Notes: generated from the letters alone by a model not told the origin. Shown: positions 1-10,034, counted from the first letter of the stretch. The stretch: DNA of 64,000 nucleotides from an uncultured Candidatus Saccharibacteria bacterium (GCA_964600695.1 CAZRKK010000002.1:5354-69353); one strand, 5' to 3'. Numbers and translations: made by a program.

Positions 1-1
1 T

Positions 2-183
2 CGAAGAAACCCAGATTACATAGGTAATATGAATGGTCCAGCGGGGAGTAGTTCAGTCTACGATATCTGTATCGATACAGATGGGAATATGTATTGGAAT
101 GAATGGCTTATTCGTGGGCAGATGTTTAATGATCCAAATTATCCTAATTTCCATCCAGGCTGGTTTTTCCCAGCAAATCAATA
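2..183 (+). CDS. 3' end of an upstream ORF (partial, ~60 codons). Hypothetical protein C-terminus (...DTDGNMYWNEWLIRGQMFNDPNYPNFHPGWFFPANQ*).
   Basis: Open reading frame runs from the window edge to TAA at 181-183. No recognisable family. The upstream part lies outside the window. Confidence 0.25.
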
Positions 184-279
184 ATGTCCAGATTTACTGA
201 TTTTGTTTGTGGATAACTTTTTTGGGAAATCTTAATAAACCACTATACTTATAGTAAGTAATTAAACTTTAGAAATAAA

Positions 280-564
280 ATGAAAATAGAGAAGCAGTCT
301 TTGTTTATTGGCTTAGCAATTGGAGCTGTTATGGGCGGGGCAATTATTGGTTATTTAGATGCCAATCGCCCAGAGCCGTTGTTTTCTTCGGCTGATGAAA
401 TGGGTAGTATTTGGATTCCATCTTTTGAATCATGCCCACAAGGATATTCACCAACAGGTGCTGTAAGAACGGTTAAGCGTGGTGGCATAGGTGGAAGTAA
501 TTTGACCCTAAAGGAATGCACAAACGAACCTCAAGAAGGTGGTGGACAACCCCTATTGGATTAG
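280..564 (+). CDS. Hypothetical small protein with one N-terminal hydrophobic segment (94 aa).
   Basis: ATG at 280. TM-like stretch LFIGLAIGAVMGGAIIGYL. Gly-rich C-terminus. No known family recognised. Confidence 0.4.
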   Translation: MKIEKQSLFIGLAIGAVMGGAIIGYLDANRPEPLFSSADEMGSIWIPSFESCPQGYSPTGAVRTVKRGGIGGSNLTLKECTNEPQEGGGQPLLD

Positions 565-683
565 TCTAAATAGTTAACAAAAACTCTCCTCTACACTTTA
601 AGTAAGGGGAGTTTTTGTATTATTGACTAATTCTTAAATATATCGTAAAATAAACGCATTGAAATTTTAGGAGGAATTTATCA

Positions 684-1406
684 ATGATCAGTAATGAAGT
701 TGTAGATGATTTGGAAGACCGGATCACCAGCGCTGTTGATATCCGAGAAAAGGGTAATCCATTGTTAGCAGCCGGCTTGTTAACCGAAATTATAAATTTT
801 TGTTATGACAATTGTCTTGATGTGATTTGTGCAAGCGCACTTGGTGAAAGAATTGTTTGTAGCAAGCACATGTTTCAAAAAGAAGGATTGCAAATATATC
901 TTAATCAGATGCTGGCTGATATCAAAAAAGGAAAGACTTTGAATATTTCCGAGTCAGATCATGCCGTATTCTACCTCCGTCATGGGGATGTTTGTGCGTC
1001 TCTTGGCGAGCATGCAGAAGCGGAGGGTCTGTACTATCAAGCACATTGTTTAGTTAACAAAGGTGGCAGGGAAGAGGCGGAATATCTTGGTCATTATGCC
1101 GAAGCTTTGGCTACCAACCCAGAAGCAACCGAAGAGAAATTAGAGAAAGCTATGGACTTGCTTCGCAAGGCCTTTTTGATTCTCGAGGATGTTCCAGAAG
1201 AGCAGCTCGATATTAAGTATCGTTTGATCATTCTTTCTGGATTACATGGACGCTTAGCAAAAGTTGCTGTTAAGTCACGGTGTTATATCTTAGCGTTTAG
1301 AGCATTAACTGAGTGTTGGCGAATGTCACGCGAGTTGGCTTATAAGCACAATTACCCAATGCGATTAGAGCAGTTTTGGCTTCGCGCGCGAGGTAGAGGA
1401 GCTTAG
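684..1406 (+). CDS. Hypothetical cytoplasmic protein (240 aa), helical-repeat-like.
   Basis: Strong SD AGGAGG 7 nt upstream of ATG 684. Followed by an intrinsic terminator at 1412-1442. No recognisable catalytic motif. Confidence 0.5.
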   Translation: MISNEVVDDLEDRITSAVDIREKGNPLLAAGLLTEIINFCYDNCLDVICASALGERIVCSKHMFQKEGLQIYLNQMLADIKKGKTLNISESDHAVFYLRHGDVCASLGEHAEAEGLYYQAHCLVNKGGREEAEYLGHYAEALATNPEATEEKLEKAMDLLRKAFLILEDVPEEQLDIKYRLIILSGLHGRLAKVAVKSRCYILAFRALTECWRMSRELAYKHNYPMRLEQFWLRARGRGA

Positions 1407-1411
1407 TTTTT

Positions 1412-1442
1412 ATCCCGGAACGTTGTTTCCGGGATTTTTTTG
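1412..1442 (+). terminator. Rho-independent terminator (atcccggaa / ttccgggat stem plus T-run).
   Basis: 9-bp perfect stem 1412-1420 / 1427-1435 followed by tttttt. Confidence 0.6.
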
Positions 1443-1516
1443 TACTAAAATTTTTCCTTTGACGACAGAATATTATTGAGTTAAAATCAGCGTAGTTTGA
1501 ATGGAGGTTAGATAAA

Positions 1517-1966
1517 ATGACTCAACCACAATGGAAAAGCGTAGATTCTATTTCGCGCATGTTAAATTCGGCTTCCGTAGTCACTAATATAGTAAATCAT
1601 GTTGCAGAGGAGCTTGTTCAGATACCTCAAGAAAAACTGGTGGAATTATACAGGTTTAGATCTGCTACCATTCCAATTAAAAACCGTCATTTAGAAATTA
1701 ATTTTTCTCAACTGAGTGATAGGCAGAAAGAGGCTGTGATCGAAGGCGTTGGTGCGTTGGGAAGCGAACTAGGTTTTGAAATTGGTATCGAAGCCTGTGA
1801 ATTAGGCAATCCGAATGATTTGGAGTATTGTTTAATAATCTCAGAACCCATTGATGATGTTATTGATGGAGGTGGCGATGATGATAGTGATAGGCGAGTT
1901 GATCTGCCAATCACATCTTCGCAAGATGAAATCCATGCCCCAAAAGTAATGGCAGCTCATGGTTGA
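1517..1966 (+). CDS. Hypothetical acidic protein (149 aa).
   Basis: SD GGAGG upstream of ATG 1517. Asp/Glu-rich C-terminus (IDDVIDGGGDDDSD). Own terminator downstream. Confidence 0.5.
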   Translation: MTQPQWKSVDSISRMLNSASVVTNIVNHVAEELVQIPQEKLVELYRFRSATIPIKNRHLEINFSQLSDRQKEAVIEGVGALGSELGFEIGIEACELGNPNDLEYCLIISEPIDDVIDGGGDDDSDRRVDLPITSSQDEIHAPKVMAAHG

Positions 1967-1996
1967 CGCATAGTTCAATTCAAAAACTGTATATTA

Positions 1997-2029
1997 AAAG
2001 AAGCGTAATCTCGCTTCTTTTTATTTTTG
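1997..2029 (+). terminator. Rho-independent terminator (agaagcg / cgcttct stem plus T-run).
   Basis: Hairpin 1999-2018 followed by ttttatttttg. Confidence 0.55.
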
Positions 2030-2155
2030 TAAACAATAATGCGAATGATGCAATACAATTAATTAACTTATGAGAAATATATTAGTCTAGCATTATGGAA
2101 TATATTGGCTAATATGTCAACAATAGGGAAAAACCCAAAATTTCCTCAATAAAAA

Positions 2156-2184
2156 CTTGACACTAACCAGAATATGGGATAAAA
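2156..2184 (+). promoter_or_regulatory. Candidate sigma70 promoter of the S10 ribosomal-protein operon (TTGACA-17-TAAAAT).
   Basis: ttgaca at 2156-2161, 17-nt spacer, taaaat at 2179-2184. Lies ~95 nt upstream of rpsJ. Confidence 0.5.
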
Positions 2185-2278
2185 TTTTGATTAAGTTCTA
2201 CTAGCAATAAAGCTAGTGGTTTTAATTGCTGTAAAGTCCCTTAAATAAGACAAAAACAGCATATTGTCAATCTATTTT

Positions 2279-2602
2279 ATGGAAAAGGCCGAACACAAGC
2301 CAAAAATTCGCATCAAGATTCGCGCATACGATCACAAGTTAATTGATCAAAGTGCAAAGCAAATCGTTGATACTGCCAAGAGAACTGGTGCCAGCGTTTC
2401 TGGTCCAGTACCTTTGCCTACCGCAAAGCGAAAGTACACAGTGCTTCGTTCTACTTTTGTACATAAAGATAGCCGAGAACAGTTCGAAATGCGTACTCAT
2501 AAGCGTATGATCGATATCCTCGACCCAACCCCTAAAACCATCGATTCTCTCACTAACTTGGCTTTACCAGCTGGAGTAGATGTAGAGATCAAAATGAGTT
2601 AA
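2279..2602 (+). CDS. rpsJ: 30S ribosomal protein S10.
   Basis: [17 protein letters not shown]...[35 protein letters not shown] matches the S10 family. The ORF track starts at TTG 2264. The first ATG is at 2279. Confidence 0.9.
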   Translation: MEKAEHKPKIRIKIRAYDHKLIDQSAKQIVDTAKRTGASVSGPVPLPTAKRKYTVLRSTFVHKDSREQFEMRTHKRMIDILDPTPKTIDSLTNLALPAGVDVEIKMS

Positions 2603-2731
2603 AGGCGTGCCGCAAAATATAGCGGCCGCTCGGTGTGAATCTGTTCTGAAATTTTAGAGTCCAAACAGCTCAAAACTTCAGATAACTATTCGCCAAATAC
2701 AAGCAAAGCATCCTAGATGATGAATTGTTTA

Positions 2732-2760
2732 TATGTGGTGATTAGCCACATTTTTTTATT
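2732..2760 (+). terminator. Terminator-like hairpin plus T-run inside the 200-nt rpsJ-rplC spacer (possible attenuator).
   Basis: atgtggtgattagccacat stem-loop followed by tttttttatt. Its position inside an r-protein operon suggests regulated read-through. Confidence 0.35.
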
Positions 2761-2806
2761 TAATAAGACGTGATGTCCACCACTTAAGTGGACCAATCAA
2801 AACCGT

Positions 2807-3478
2807 ATGAAATTTATTGTTGGAAAAAAGTTAAATATGACAACCTACTTCGCAGAAAATGGCGAAGTTATTCCTGCTACCGTAGTCAAAGCCCCAAACA
2901 TGGTGGTTACTCAGATTAAGACTGCAGACAGTAAAGATGGTTATAACGCTATTCAAGTTGGTATTAGCGCAGTTGTAGCTGGAAGTAAGAATTCAAACAA
3001 AGCAAAGACAGGTCACTCTAAAGATCTTGGTAAATTTGGAAAATTTGTTGAATTTCGTGTAGACAACCCTCAAGATTTTACTCTTGGTCAGAAGGTGGAA
3101 GTTTCTCAATTCGAAATTGGTGAAATGGTAGATGTAATTGGTGTGATGAAGGGACGCGGTTTCGCAGGTGCGATGAAGCGTCACGGTTTCCATGGATTCC
3201 CAATGAGTCACGGTCATAACCGTCCTCGTAGTGTAGGATCTATTGGTTCTCGTTACCCACAGCACGTTAACAAAGGCCGTCGTATGGCTGGTCATATGGG
3301 AACTCAACACGTTACTGTAAAAAATCTTCAAGTTGTTGATGTTGATGGTGGAAACGGTTTAATTTTAATCAAAGGTGCGGTTCCAGGAACTCGTAATGGC
3401 ATGGTTCGCATTTCTACAACTGGAGTAAAGAAGCCTTTGTTTGTAGCTGTTGTTGAAGATACTAAGAAAAAGAAATAG
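2807..3478 (+). CDS. rplC: 50S ribosomal protein L3.
   Basis: MKFIVGKKLNMTTYF... N-terminus and conserved L3 core. Position after rpsJ. Confidence 0.9.
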   Translation: MKFIVGKKLNMTTYFAENGEVIPATVVKAPNMVVTQIKTADSKDGYNAIQVGISAVVAGSKNSNKAKTGHSKDLGKFGKFVEFRVDNPQDFTLGQKVEVSQFEIGEMVDVIGVMKGRGFAGAMKRHGFHGFPMSHGHNRPRSVGSIGSRYPQHVNKGRRMAGHMGTQHVTVKNLQVVDVDGGNGLILIKGAVPGTRNGMVRISTTGVKKPLFVAVVEDTKKKK

Positions 3479-3490
3479 TCTAATATCTAT

Positions 3491-4240
3491 ATGAAGATTC
3501 AAGTTTACAATCAGAACGCCGAAGCCGTAGGTGAAATGGAAGTTAGCGACAGCATCTTTGCTGTTAAGCCATCTTTGCATTTAATGGCCGAAAGTGTCCG
3601 TGCTCAAGCTAACAACGCTCGTAAAGGTTTAGCTAATACCAAAACTCGTGGTGAAGTTAGTGGTGGCGGTAAGAAGCCTTGGAAGCAAAAGGGAACTGGT
3701 CGCGCTCGCGCAGGTTCTACTCGTAGTCCAATTTGGCGTCATGGTGGAGTAACCTTTGGTCCAACTTCTGATCGTAACTGGAGTGTGAAGATCAACAAGA
3801 AAGCCAAGACTAAAGCTTTATTCATGTCTTTGTCCGACAAAGCTCGTGATGGCAAATTTATTATCATCGAAGGTATCAACCTAGAAACTCCAAAGACTAA
3901 AGAATTCATCAAGGTTATGGAAGCTTTCCATTCTAAGCTTACTGTTTTAGGCAACAAGCAGATGATGGTTCTACCAAAGAAAGATGATTCCTTAATCCGT
4001 GCTTCTCGTAACCTTCAAGAAATTAACACAGCTTTTGCAACTAGTTTAAATATCACAGATATCCTAAAAGCAGATTCCATGCTTGTCATGAAAGACAGCT
4101 TGAAAGTTATCGAACGAACTTATTTAAAAGAAGCAGGCAAAGCAGTTAAAGAAGAAAAGGCAGTCAAAGAAGTTAAAGCAGAAGATAAAGAAAAAGCTCC
4201 TGCAAAATCTGAAGCTAAGAAAGAAGTAACTAAAGAATAA
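3491..4240 (+). CDS. rplD: 50S ribosomal protein L4 with a lysine/glutamate-rich C-terminal extension.
   Basis: KPWKQKGTGRARAGSTRSPIWRHGGVTFGP motif. ~40 extra C-terminal residues (KEAGKAVKEEKAVKEVKAEDKEKAPAKSEAKKEVTKE). Confidence 0.9.
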   Translation: MKIQVYNQNAEAVGEMEVSDSIFAVKPSLHLMAESVRAQANNARKGLANTKTRGEVSGGGKKPWKQKGTGRARAGSTRSPIWRHGGVTFGPTSDRNWSVKINKKAKTKALFMSLSDKARDGKFIIIEGINLETPKTKEFIKVMEAFHSKLTVLGNKQMMVLPKKDDSLIRASRNLQEINTAFATSLNITDILKADSMLVMKDSLKVIERTYLKEAGKAVKEEKAVKEVKAEDKEKAPAKSEAKKEVTKE

Positions 4241-4263
4241 TTATTCCCCCTAACACTAATTAA

Positions 4264-4692
4264 ATGGCAATTTTTTCTAAAAAAGAGAATACTGACGAAG
4301 TTGTAGTTGATGCTCCTGTAGCAGATCAACCAACATCTTCTAAAGATACAGCTGTAACAGCTGACTCTGAATCCCCAAAAGCAATGGCGGATGTTGTTAA
4401 TAGTGGAATCGGCACTAAGGGTTTAATTGTTCCTCGAATTTCCGAAAAGGCTGGATTTGTAGCTCGCTTTAACCAATACATTTTTACCATTCACGGTAAG
4501 CTTAATAAAATTGAAGTTAAGAATGCTGTGCAAAAAATGTATGGAGTTAAAATCGCTAACATTAATATGATCCAAGTTGCTGGCAAGGGCCGTCGTTTTG
4601 GTACTAAAAAAGGAATGCGCAGCGGTTTTAAAAAGGCAGTAATTACCTTAACCCCAGATAGTAAGAAAATTGATATAGTAGAACCTAACTAA
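4264..4692 (+). CDS. rplW: 50S ribosomal protein L23 with a possible 40-aa N-terminal extension.
   Basis: The L23 core begins at an internal Met (4384). The first ATG at 4264 adds an acidic/Ser-Thr-rich extension. Confidence 0.85.
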   Translation: MAIFSKKENTDEVVVDAPVADQPTSSKDTAVTADSESPKAMADVVNSGIGTKGLIVPRISEKAGFVARFNQYIFTIHGKLNKIEVKNAVQKMYGVKIANINMIQVAGKGRRFGTKKGMRSGFKKAVITLTPDSKKIDIVEPN

Positions 4693-4696
4693 ATTT

Positions 4697-5542
4697 ATGG
4701 CAGTTAAAATTTACAAACCAACTACACCAGGCCGTCGTCAGACTAGCGTTATAGACTACGCTAAAGTCCTCAATAAAACCGAGAAAACTCCGAAGTTTTT
4801 GATTATGAGCAAGGCTAAGCAAGCTGGTCGTAATAATTCTGGAAAAATCACAGTTCGTCACCGTGGTGGTGGTGCACTTAAGAAAGTTCGTATCGTAGAT
4901 TTTATTCGTGCGGACCGAAAAGATATTCCTGGAACAGTTAAGACCATCGAATATGATCCAACTCGTACTTCATTTATTTCTCTAATCGATTACAATGATG
5001 GAGTAAAGCGTTTAATCATCACTCCGATTGGTTTAAAAGTTGGCGATAAAGTCATTTACAGCGAAACAGCAGAAATTCATCCTGGTAACCGATTGTCTAT
5101 TTCTAATATCCCAGTTGGTAGCTTAATCCACGATGTAGAATTAGTTCCTGGTCGCGGTGGTAAGCTTGCTCGAAGTGCTGGAAATAGCGTATTGTTACAG
5201 AACATCGAAGCTGGTTATGCCTTTCTAAAATTACCATCAGGTGAAATTCGTAAGGTTCGCGAAACATGTACCGCTAGCATTGGCCAAGTTTCTAATAATG
5301 ATTGGATGAATGTCCGAATCGGTAAAGCTGGTCGTAAGCGTCACATGGGTTGGAGACCTCAAGTCCGTGGTAAAGTTATGAACCCGGTAGATCACCCTCA
5401 TGGTGGTGGAGAAGGTAGTAACTCGATCGGTATGAAATATCCTAAGACTCCTTGGGGTAAGCATGCTCTCGGTGTAAAGACTCGTGATAAGAAAAAAGGC
5501 TCTTCCAAGTTTATTGTGAAGCGTCGAACTAAGAAGCGTTAA
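4697..5542 (+). CDS. rplB: 50S ribosomal protein L2.
   Basis: [16 protein letters not shown] motif. 281 aa. Confidence 0.95.
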   Translation: MAVKIYKPTTPGRRQTSVIDYAKVLNKTEKTPKFLIMSKAKQAGRNNSGKITVRHRGGGALKKVRIVDFIRADRKDIPGTVKTIEYDPTRTSFISLIDYNDGVKRLIITPIGLKVGDKVIYSETAEIHPGNRLSISNIPVGSLIHDVELVPGRGGKLARSAGNSVLLQNIEAGYAFLKLPSGEIRKVRETCTASIGQVSNNDWMNVRIGKAGRKRHMGWRPQVRGKVMNPVDHPHGGGEGSNSIGMKYPKTPWGKHALGVKTRDKKKGSSKFIVKRRTKKR

Positions 5543-5554
5543 TTAATATAATTT

Positions 5555-5842
5555 ATGTCTAGAAGTTTAAAAAAAGGTCCATTTATAGATCCTCGAGTGA
5601 TGAAGAAAGTTATCGCTGGTAAGCCTGGTGATAAAATCAAGACTTGGGCTCGCGATTGTGCTATCTCTCCAGAGATGGTTGGTTATACTTTTATGGTACA
5701 CAATGGCAAAACTCATCTCGAAGTATTCGTTACAGAGAACATGGTTGGACACAAACTTGGTGAATTTTCACCAACACGTAAATTTATTGGTCACGGTGGT
5801 AAACTTGCTAAAGAGCAAAAAGCCGAAGCTTCATCTAAATAA
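5555..5842 (+). CDS. rpsS: 30S ribosomal protein S19.
   Basis: [12 protein letters not shown]... NGKTH...GHKLGEF motifs. Confidence 0.9.
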   Translation: MSRSLKKGPFIDPRVMKKVIAGKPGDKIKTWARDCAISPEMVGYTFMVHNGKTHLEVFVTENMVGHKLGEFSPTRKFIGHGGKLAKEQKAEASSK

Positions 5843-5870
5843 TAATTTCCCGATATTTTAATCCCATTAT

Positions 5871-6524
5871 ATGGCAGAAAAAACTGTACAAAAGAATAAG
5901 AAGACCCCAGCGGCTAAGCCGTCTGTTAAGGCTGGATCTAAAACAGCAACTGCTGTTGTAGAAGCACCTAAGCAATTGGTACGTGCTCATGCTCGTAATC
6001 TTCGAATTTCCCCACGTAAATTACGCTTAGTTACAAACATGGTTAAGAACATGCGTGTTGGTGATGCTTTGGTACAGTTGCAATTTACCAATAAAAAAGG
6101 TGCACCGATGATCGCGAAGTTATTACAATCTGCTGTTGCTAACGCTGAACATAATTTTTCTTTAAATCGTGATGGGTTAATAATTAAGAGCATTACCTGC
6201 GACATGGGGCCAGTTCTCCAACGTGCCTTTCCGCGTGCCCGTGGTAGTGCTTTTGTAATCCGCCGTAAGATGAGCCATGTCAACGTCATCTTAGAAGAAA
6301 AGGCGATTAAGAAAACTGCTGGCGGCAAAAAGAAGCCAGCGGCAGCAAAAGTACCAAAGACTACTAAAGCAGATAAACCAGTACAAACAGTAGAAGGTTC
6401 AGCTGGCTTACCGGTCGAAAAAGTAACCAAGTTACCTAAAGAACAGAAAGTCAAAGAAGTTCATCACGAGAACGAAGGCAATCTAGTTGACCAAAAGACA
6501 GAACCAGAAAACTTAATAAAATAA
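5871..6524 (+). CDS. rplV: 50S ribosomal protein L22 with N- and C-terminal lysine-rich extensions (217 aa against a typical ~115).
   Basis: L22 core (AHARNLRISPRKLRLV...). ~35 aa N-terminal and ~70 aa C-terminal K/A/P-rich tails. Confidence 0.85.
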   Translation: MAEKTVQKNKKTPAAKPSVKAGSKTATAVVEAPKQLVRAHARNLRISPRKLRLVTNMVKNMRVGDALVQLQFTNKKGAPMIAKLLQSAVANAEHNFSLNRDGLIIKSITCDMGPVLQRAFPRARGSAFVIRRKMSHVNVILEEKAIKKTAGGKKKPAAAKVPKTTKADKPVQTVEGSAGLPVEKVTKLPKEQKVKEVHHENEGNLVDQKTEPENLIK

Positions 6525-6525
6525 T

Positions 6526-7182
6526 ATGGGAAATAAGATCAATCCAACTTCATTTAGACTTAAGATTACCGATACTTGGAAGTCCAAGTGGTACTCTAAA
6601 GGCAATTACGTAGAACAGCTTAAAGAAGATGTTGCTATTCGTGAATATCTCGAAAAGCATTTACGTAAGGCCGGTCTTGCTCGAATCGATATCGAACGTC
6701 TTAACGACGGTACTATCACTATCGTAATTCGTACTACTAAACCAGGTTTAATTATTGGTAAAGGTGGTGCGGGGATCGAAGAACTTAAGAAGCGCGTTAA
6801 GAAGCAACTTAAGATCAAGAGCGAACTCAAAGTTAACATCGAAGAAATTCGTGACGTTAACATGCATGCTCAAGTGATCGCTAACGGCATCGCCGAACAG
6901 ATCGAACGCCGTGTTGCATTCCGTCGTCTAATGAAGCAATCTCTAGAACAAATTATGCAGGCTGGTGCTAAGGGTGTAAAAGTAGCAATTGGTGGCCGTT
7001 TGAATGGAGCAGAAATTGCTCGTTCCGAACATTTGTCTAGTGGTAAGATTCCTCTTCATACACTTCGCGCAGATATTGATTACGCTAAAGCTACTGCTCA
7101 CACTACATATGGAACAATTGGTATTAAAGTGTGGATCTATCGAGGCGATGTGTTCTCCGAGAAAGCTAAAGAGATTAAGTAG
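6526..7182 (+). CDS. rpsC: 30S ribosomal protein S3.
   Basis: KH-domain motif IIGKGGAGIEELKK. Synteny. Confidence 0.9.
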   Translation: MGNKINPTSFRLKITDTWKSKWYSKGNYVEQLKEDVAIREYLEKHLRKAGLARIDIERLNDGTITIVIRTTKPGLIIGKGGAGIEELKKRVKKQLKIKSELKVNIEEIRDVNMHAQVIANGIAEQIERRVAFRRLMKQSLEQIMQAGAKGVKVAIGGRLNGAEIARSEHLSSGKIPLHTLRADIDYAKATAHTTYGTIGIKVWIYRGDVFSEKAKEIK

Positions 7183-7221
7183 TTAAATAAATTAAGTAAC
7201 GTTTAGTTTTATACAAAGATT

Positions 7222-7629
7222 ATGTTAATTCCAAAAAAGGTCAAACACCGCAAACACCATCGCGGTCATAACAAAGGTAAAGCAACTTCTGGTAATTTTA
7301 TTGCTTTTGGAAGCTTCGCTCTTAAGGCTATGGAAGGCAGTTTCGTAACTGCTCGCCAAATCGAAGCCGCTCGTCGAGCTATGACTCGTAGTGTTCAACG
7401 TGGTGGTAAAATCTGGATTCGTATTTTCCCAGACAAGCCAATGACTGATCACGGTAACGAATCTGTAATGGGTAGCGGTAAAGGTGCCGTATCTCACTTC
7501 GTAGCTGTAGTCAAATCTGGTCGCATCCTATTCGAAATGGATGGTGTCCCAGAAGTTGCTGCTCGCGAAGCGATGAGACTCGCTGCACACAAACTGCCTG
7601 TGAAGACTAAATTCCTAATCAAGCAATAA
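7222..7629 (+). CDS. rplP: 50S ribosomal protein L16.
   Basis: [15 protein letters not shown]... L16 N-terminus. Synteny. Confidence 0.9.
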   Translation: MLIPKKVKHRKHHRGHNKGKATSGNFIAFGSFALKAMEGSFVTARQIEAARRAMTRSVQRGGKIWIRIFPDKPMTDHGNESVMGSGKGAVSHFVAVVKSGRILFEMDGVPEVAAREAMRLAAHKLPVKTKFLIKQ

Positions 7630-7630
7630 G

Positions 7631-7825
7631 ATGAAATATACAGAAATCACCTCACAATCTATAGAGGCGTTACGCAAAGAGCTAACGACTTTACAAGAAA
7701 AACGCGAGAACCTCAAGATGAAAACTAAGCTTGGTCAGGTTAAGAACACCAACCAATTGTCTATGGTTAAAAAAGACATTGCTCGCATTATGACCTTTCT
7801 AAGATCTAGCCAAGGGGCTAAATAG
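7631..7825 (+). CDS. rpmC: 50S ribosomal protein L29.
   Basis: 64-aa helical protein located between L16 and S17. Confidence 0.8.
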   Translation: MKYTEITSQSIEALRKELTTLQEKRENLKMKTKLGQVKNTNQLSMVKKDIARIMTFLRSSQGAK

Positions 7826-7845
7826 AGCTAACTAATTATATTTAT

Positions 7846-8088
7846 ATGGAAAAGCAAGTTACAAAACAACAAATGTCCGGCACTGTAGTGTCAAATAAGA
7901 TGGATAAAACCGTTGTGGTTAAGGTTGATATTTTAAAACGTCACCCTAAGTATCACAAGAGTTACACAAAATCTTATCGCTACAAAGCACATGACGAAGA
8001 CAACAGTTGCCAGATTGGCGATAAGGTTGTAATCGAAGCTATTCGTCCTATGAGCCGCGACAAGAAGTTTACAGTTTTAAAGAGCTAA
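7846..8088 (+). CDS. rpsQ: 30S ribosomal protein S17.
   Basis: [18 protein letters not shown]...[18 protein letters not shown] motif. Confidence 0.9.
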   Translation: MEKQVTKQQMSGTVVSNKMDKTVVVKVDILKRHPKYHKSYTKSYRYKAHDEDNSCQIGDKVVIEAIRPMSRDKKFTVLKS

Positions 8089-8139
8089 GTCGCGGACAGC
8101 TAGTCGCAAATTACTCGTTACTAAATACTTAATAAATTT

Positions 8140-8511
8140 ATGTTACAAATAAGATCTTACATTAAAATCGCAGATAACACTGGCGCTAAAGTCGTCAACT
8201 TGTTCGCAGTGAACGGAAAAAACAAACGTCGCTTTGCACGAGTTGGGGATATTGTCGCTGGTTCAGTTCGCCAAGCTGCTCCTAATGGGCAGGTTAAGAA
8301 AGGTGATAAGATCTATGCAGTTATCGTTCGTACTAAAAAGGAAATTCGTCGTAAAGACGGTTCATACATCCGATTTGATGAGAACGCTGGCGTATTGGTA
8401 GATAAAGAAAAAGGTGAACCACGTGGTACTCGTATCTTTGGTCCAATCCCAAGAGAAGTCCGTGATGCTGGTTTTTCTAAAATCGCTTCATTGGCTCCAG
8501 AGGTTATCTAA
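8140..8511 (+). CDS. rplN: 50S ribosomal protein L14.
   Basis: [17 protein letters not shown] motif. Confidence 0.95.
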   Translation: MLQIRSYIKIADNTGAKVVNLFAVNGKNKRRFARVGDIVAGSVRQAAPNGQVKKGDKIYAVIVRTKKEIRRKDGSYIRFDENAGVLVDKEKGEPRGTRIFGPIPREVRDAGFSKIASLAPEVI

Positions 8512-8534
8512 CGCGACAAGTAATTTATTTATAT

Positions 8535-8858
8535 ATGACACAGATCAAGTTAAAAATTAAGAAAGGCGATACCGTTAAAGTATTGTCCGGTAAAGACAAG
8601 GGTAAGACTGGTAAAGTATTACGTGTTCTTCCAACTATCCAAAAAGTAGTTGTAGAAAACGTTAATATGCACACTAAGTTCGAGCGTAGCCGCCGAGCTG
8701 GTCAGCCAGGTCAGAAGATTGTATTTGCTGGAGTAATGGCTTCCTCTAAGGTTCAATTAATTGACCCTCATTCTGGTAAACCAACTCGGGTTAGCTTCCA
8801 GACCTTAGAAAATGGCACTAAGCAACGAATAGCTAAGCAGAGCGGAAAGGCCATCTAA
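8535..8858 (+). CDS. rplX: 50S ribosomal protein L24.
   Basis: KIKKGDTVKVLSGKDKGKTGKV KOW motif. Confidence 0.9.
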   Translation: MTQIKLKIKKGDTVKVLSGKDKGKTGKVLRVLPTIQKVVVENVNMHTKFERSRRAGQPGQKIVFAGVMASSKVQLIDPHSGKPTRVSFQTLENGTKQRIAKQSGKAI

Positions 8859-8862
8859 TTAT

Positions 8863-9402
8863 ATGAACAGATTACAAACACAATATAATAAAGAGATTGT
8901 CCCTGCGCTTAAAGAAAAGTTTGGTTACACAAATGTAATGGCAGTACCAAAGATTAAGCAAGTTAACCTCAACATTGGTGTCGGACGTTTCCTTAAAGAC
9001 AACAAGTTTATGGAATCAATTAAAAAAGATTTCACAAAGTTGGCTGGTCAAGCTCCGGTAGAAACCATGGCTCGTAAGTCTGTCGCTGGATTCAAAGTTC
9101 GTGAAGGCCAACAAGTCGGTCTAACAGTAACTATCCGCGGTAACCGCATGTACGAATTTCTAGATAAGTTGATCAGTGTGGCTATGCCTCGTGTCAAAGA
9201 TTTCCGTGGTGTGTCTCGTAAAGGTTTCGACGGACGTGGTAACTATAACCTTGGACTTAAAGAACATCTCGTATTCCCAGAAATTTCCCAAGAAGCTCTC
9301 GAACACATCTTCGGTCTTCAAGTAACGATAGTAACAAGCGCAGGTAAAGATGAACCTGCATATGAATTATTAAAGCAGATGAAGTTTCCCTTCAAAGATT
9401 AA
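8863..9402 (+). CDS. rplE: 50S ribosomal protein L5.
   Basis: L5 family core. Synteny. Confidence 0.9.
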   Translation: MNRLQTQYNKEIVPALKEKFGYTNVMAVPKIKQVNLNIGVGRFLKDNKFMESIKKDFTKLAGQAPVETMARKSVAGFKVREGQQVGLTVTIRGNRMYEFLDKLISVAMPRVKDFRGVSRKGFDGRGNYNLGLKEHLVFPEISQEALEHIFGLQVTIVTSAGKDEPAYELLKQMKFPFKD

Positions 9403-9411
9403 TTAATAACA

Positions 9412-9606
9412 ATGGCTAAAAAATCTCTAATCGCAAAAGCTAATAGAAGTTTGATCAAACCGAAGTTTTCTACTCGGGTGATTCGTCGTTGTTTTAAGTG
9501 TGGTCGAAAAGCTGCTTTTATGAGAGATTTCTCTCTATGCCGTATTTGTTTCCGAGAACTAGCCAGCCGTGGAGAAATCCCTGGTGTATCTAAAGCCTCC
9601 TGGTAA
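9412..9606 (+). CDS. rpsN: 30S ribosomal protein S14, zinc-binding type Z (64 aa).
   Basis: C-x2-C ... C-x2-C motif (CFKCGRK...CRICF). Confidence 0.9.
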   Translation: MAKKSLIAKANRSLIKPKFSTRVIRRCFKCGRKAAFMRDFSLCRICFRELASRGEIPGVSKASW

Positions 9607-9623
9607 GAACTAATTAAACTACT

Positions 9624-10016
9624 ATGTACACAGATCCAATTTCAGACATGTTAACAAGAATCCGAAACGCGCTTGGGGCTTCCAAGCAGGATTTAGTTAT
9701 GCCTTACTCTAAGTTTAAACACAGCTTGGCTCAGGTTCTTTTAGAAGAAGGCTTTATTGCTGGCGTTAATGAACTTCCAGGTCGCATCAAGATGCTTCAA
9801 ATTAATTTAAAATATGATCAAACCGGTAATCCAGTAATCTCAGGTGTTAAGCGTGTTAGCACCCCAGGTCAAAGAATTTATATGCCTGTGACTAAAATTC
9901 CTCGTACTAATGGTGGATTTGGAATCACAATCGTATCAACTTCTAAAGGCTTAGTTACAGATAAGCGCGCACGTAAGGATCGTATTGGTGGAGAAGTAAT
10001 TTGCCAAGTCTGGTAA
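9624..10016 (+). CDS. rpsH: 30S ribosomal protein S8.
   Basis: TDPISDMLTRIRNA motif. Confidence 0.9.
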   Translation: MYTDPISDMLTRIRNALGASKQDLVMPYSKFKHSLAQVLLEEGFIAGVNELPGRIKMLQINLKYDQTGNPVISGVKRVSTPGQRIYMPVTKIPRTNGGFGITIVSTSKGLVTDKRARKDRIGGEVICQVW

Positions 10017-10034
10017 TTTTTAAAGAATAAATAT

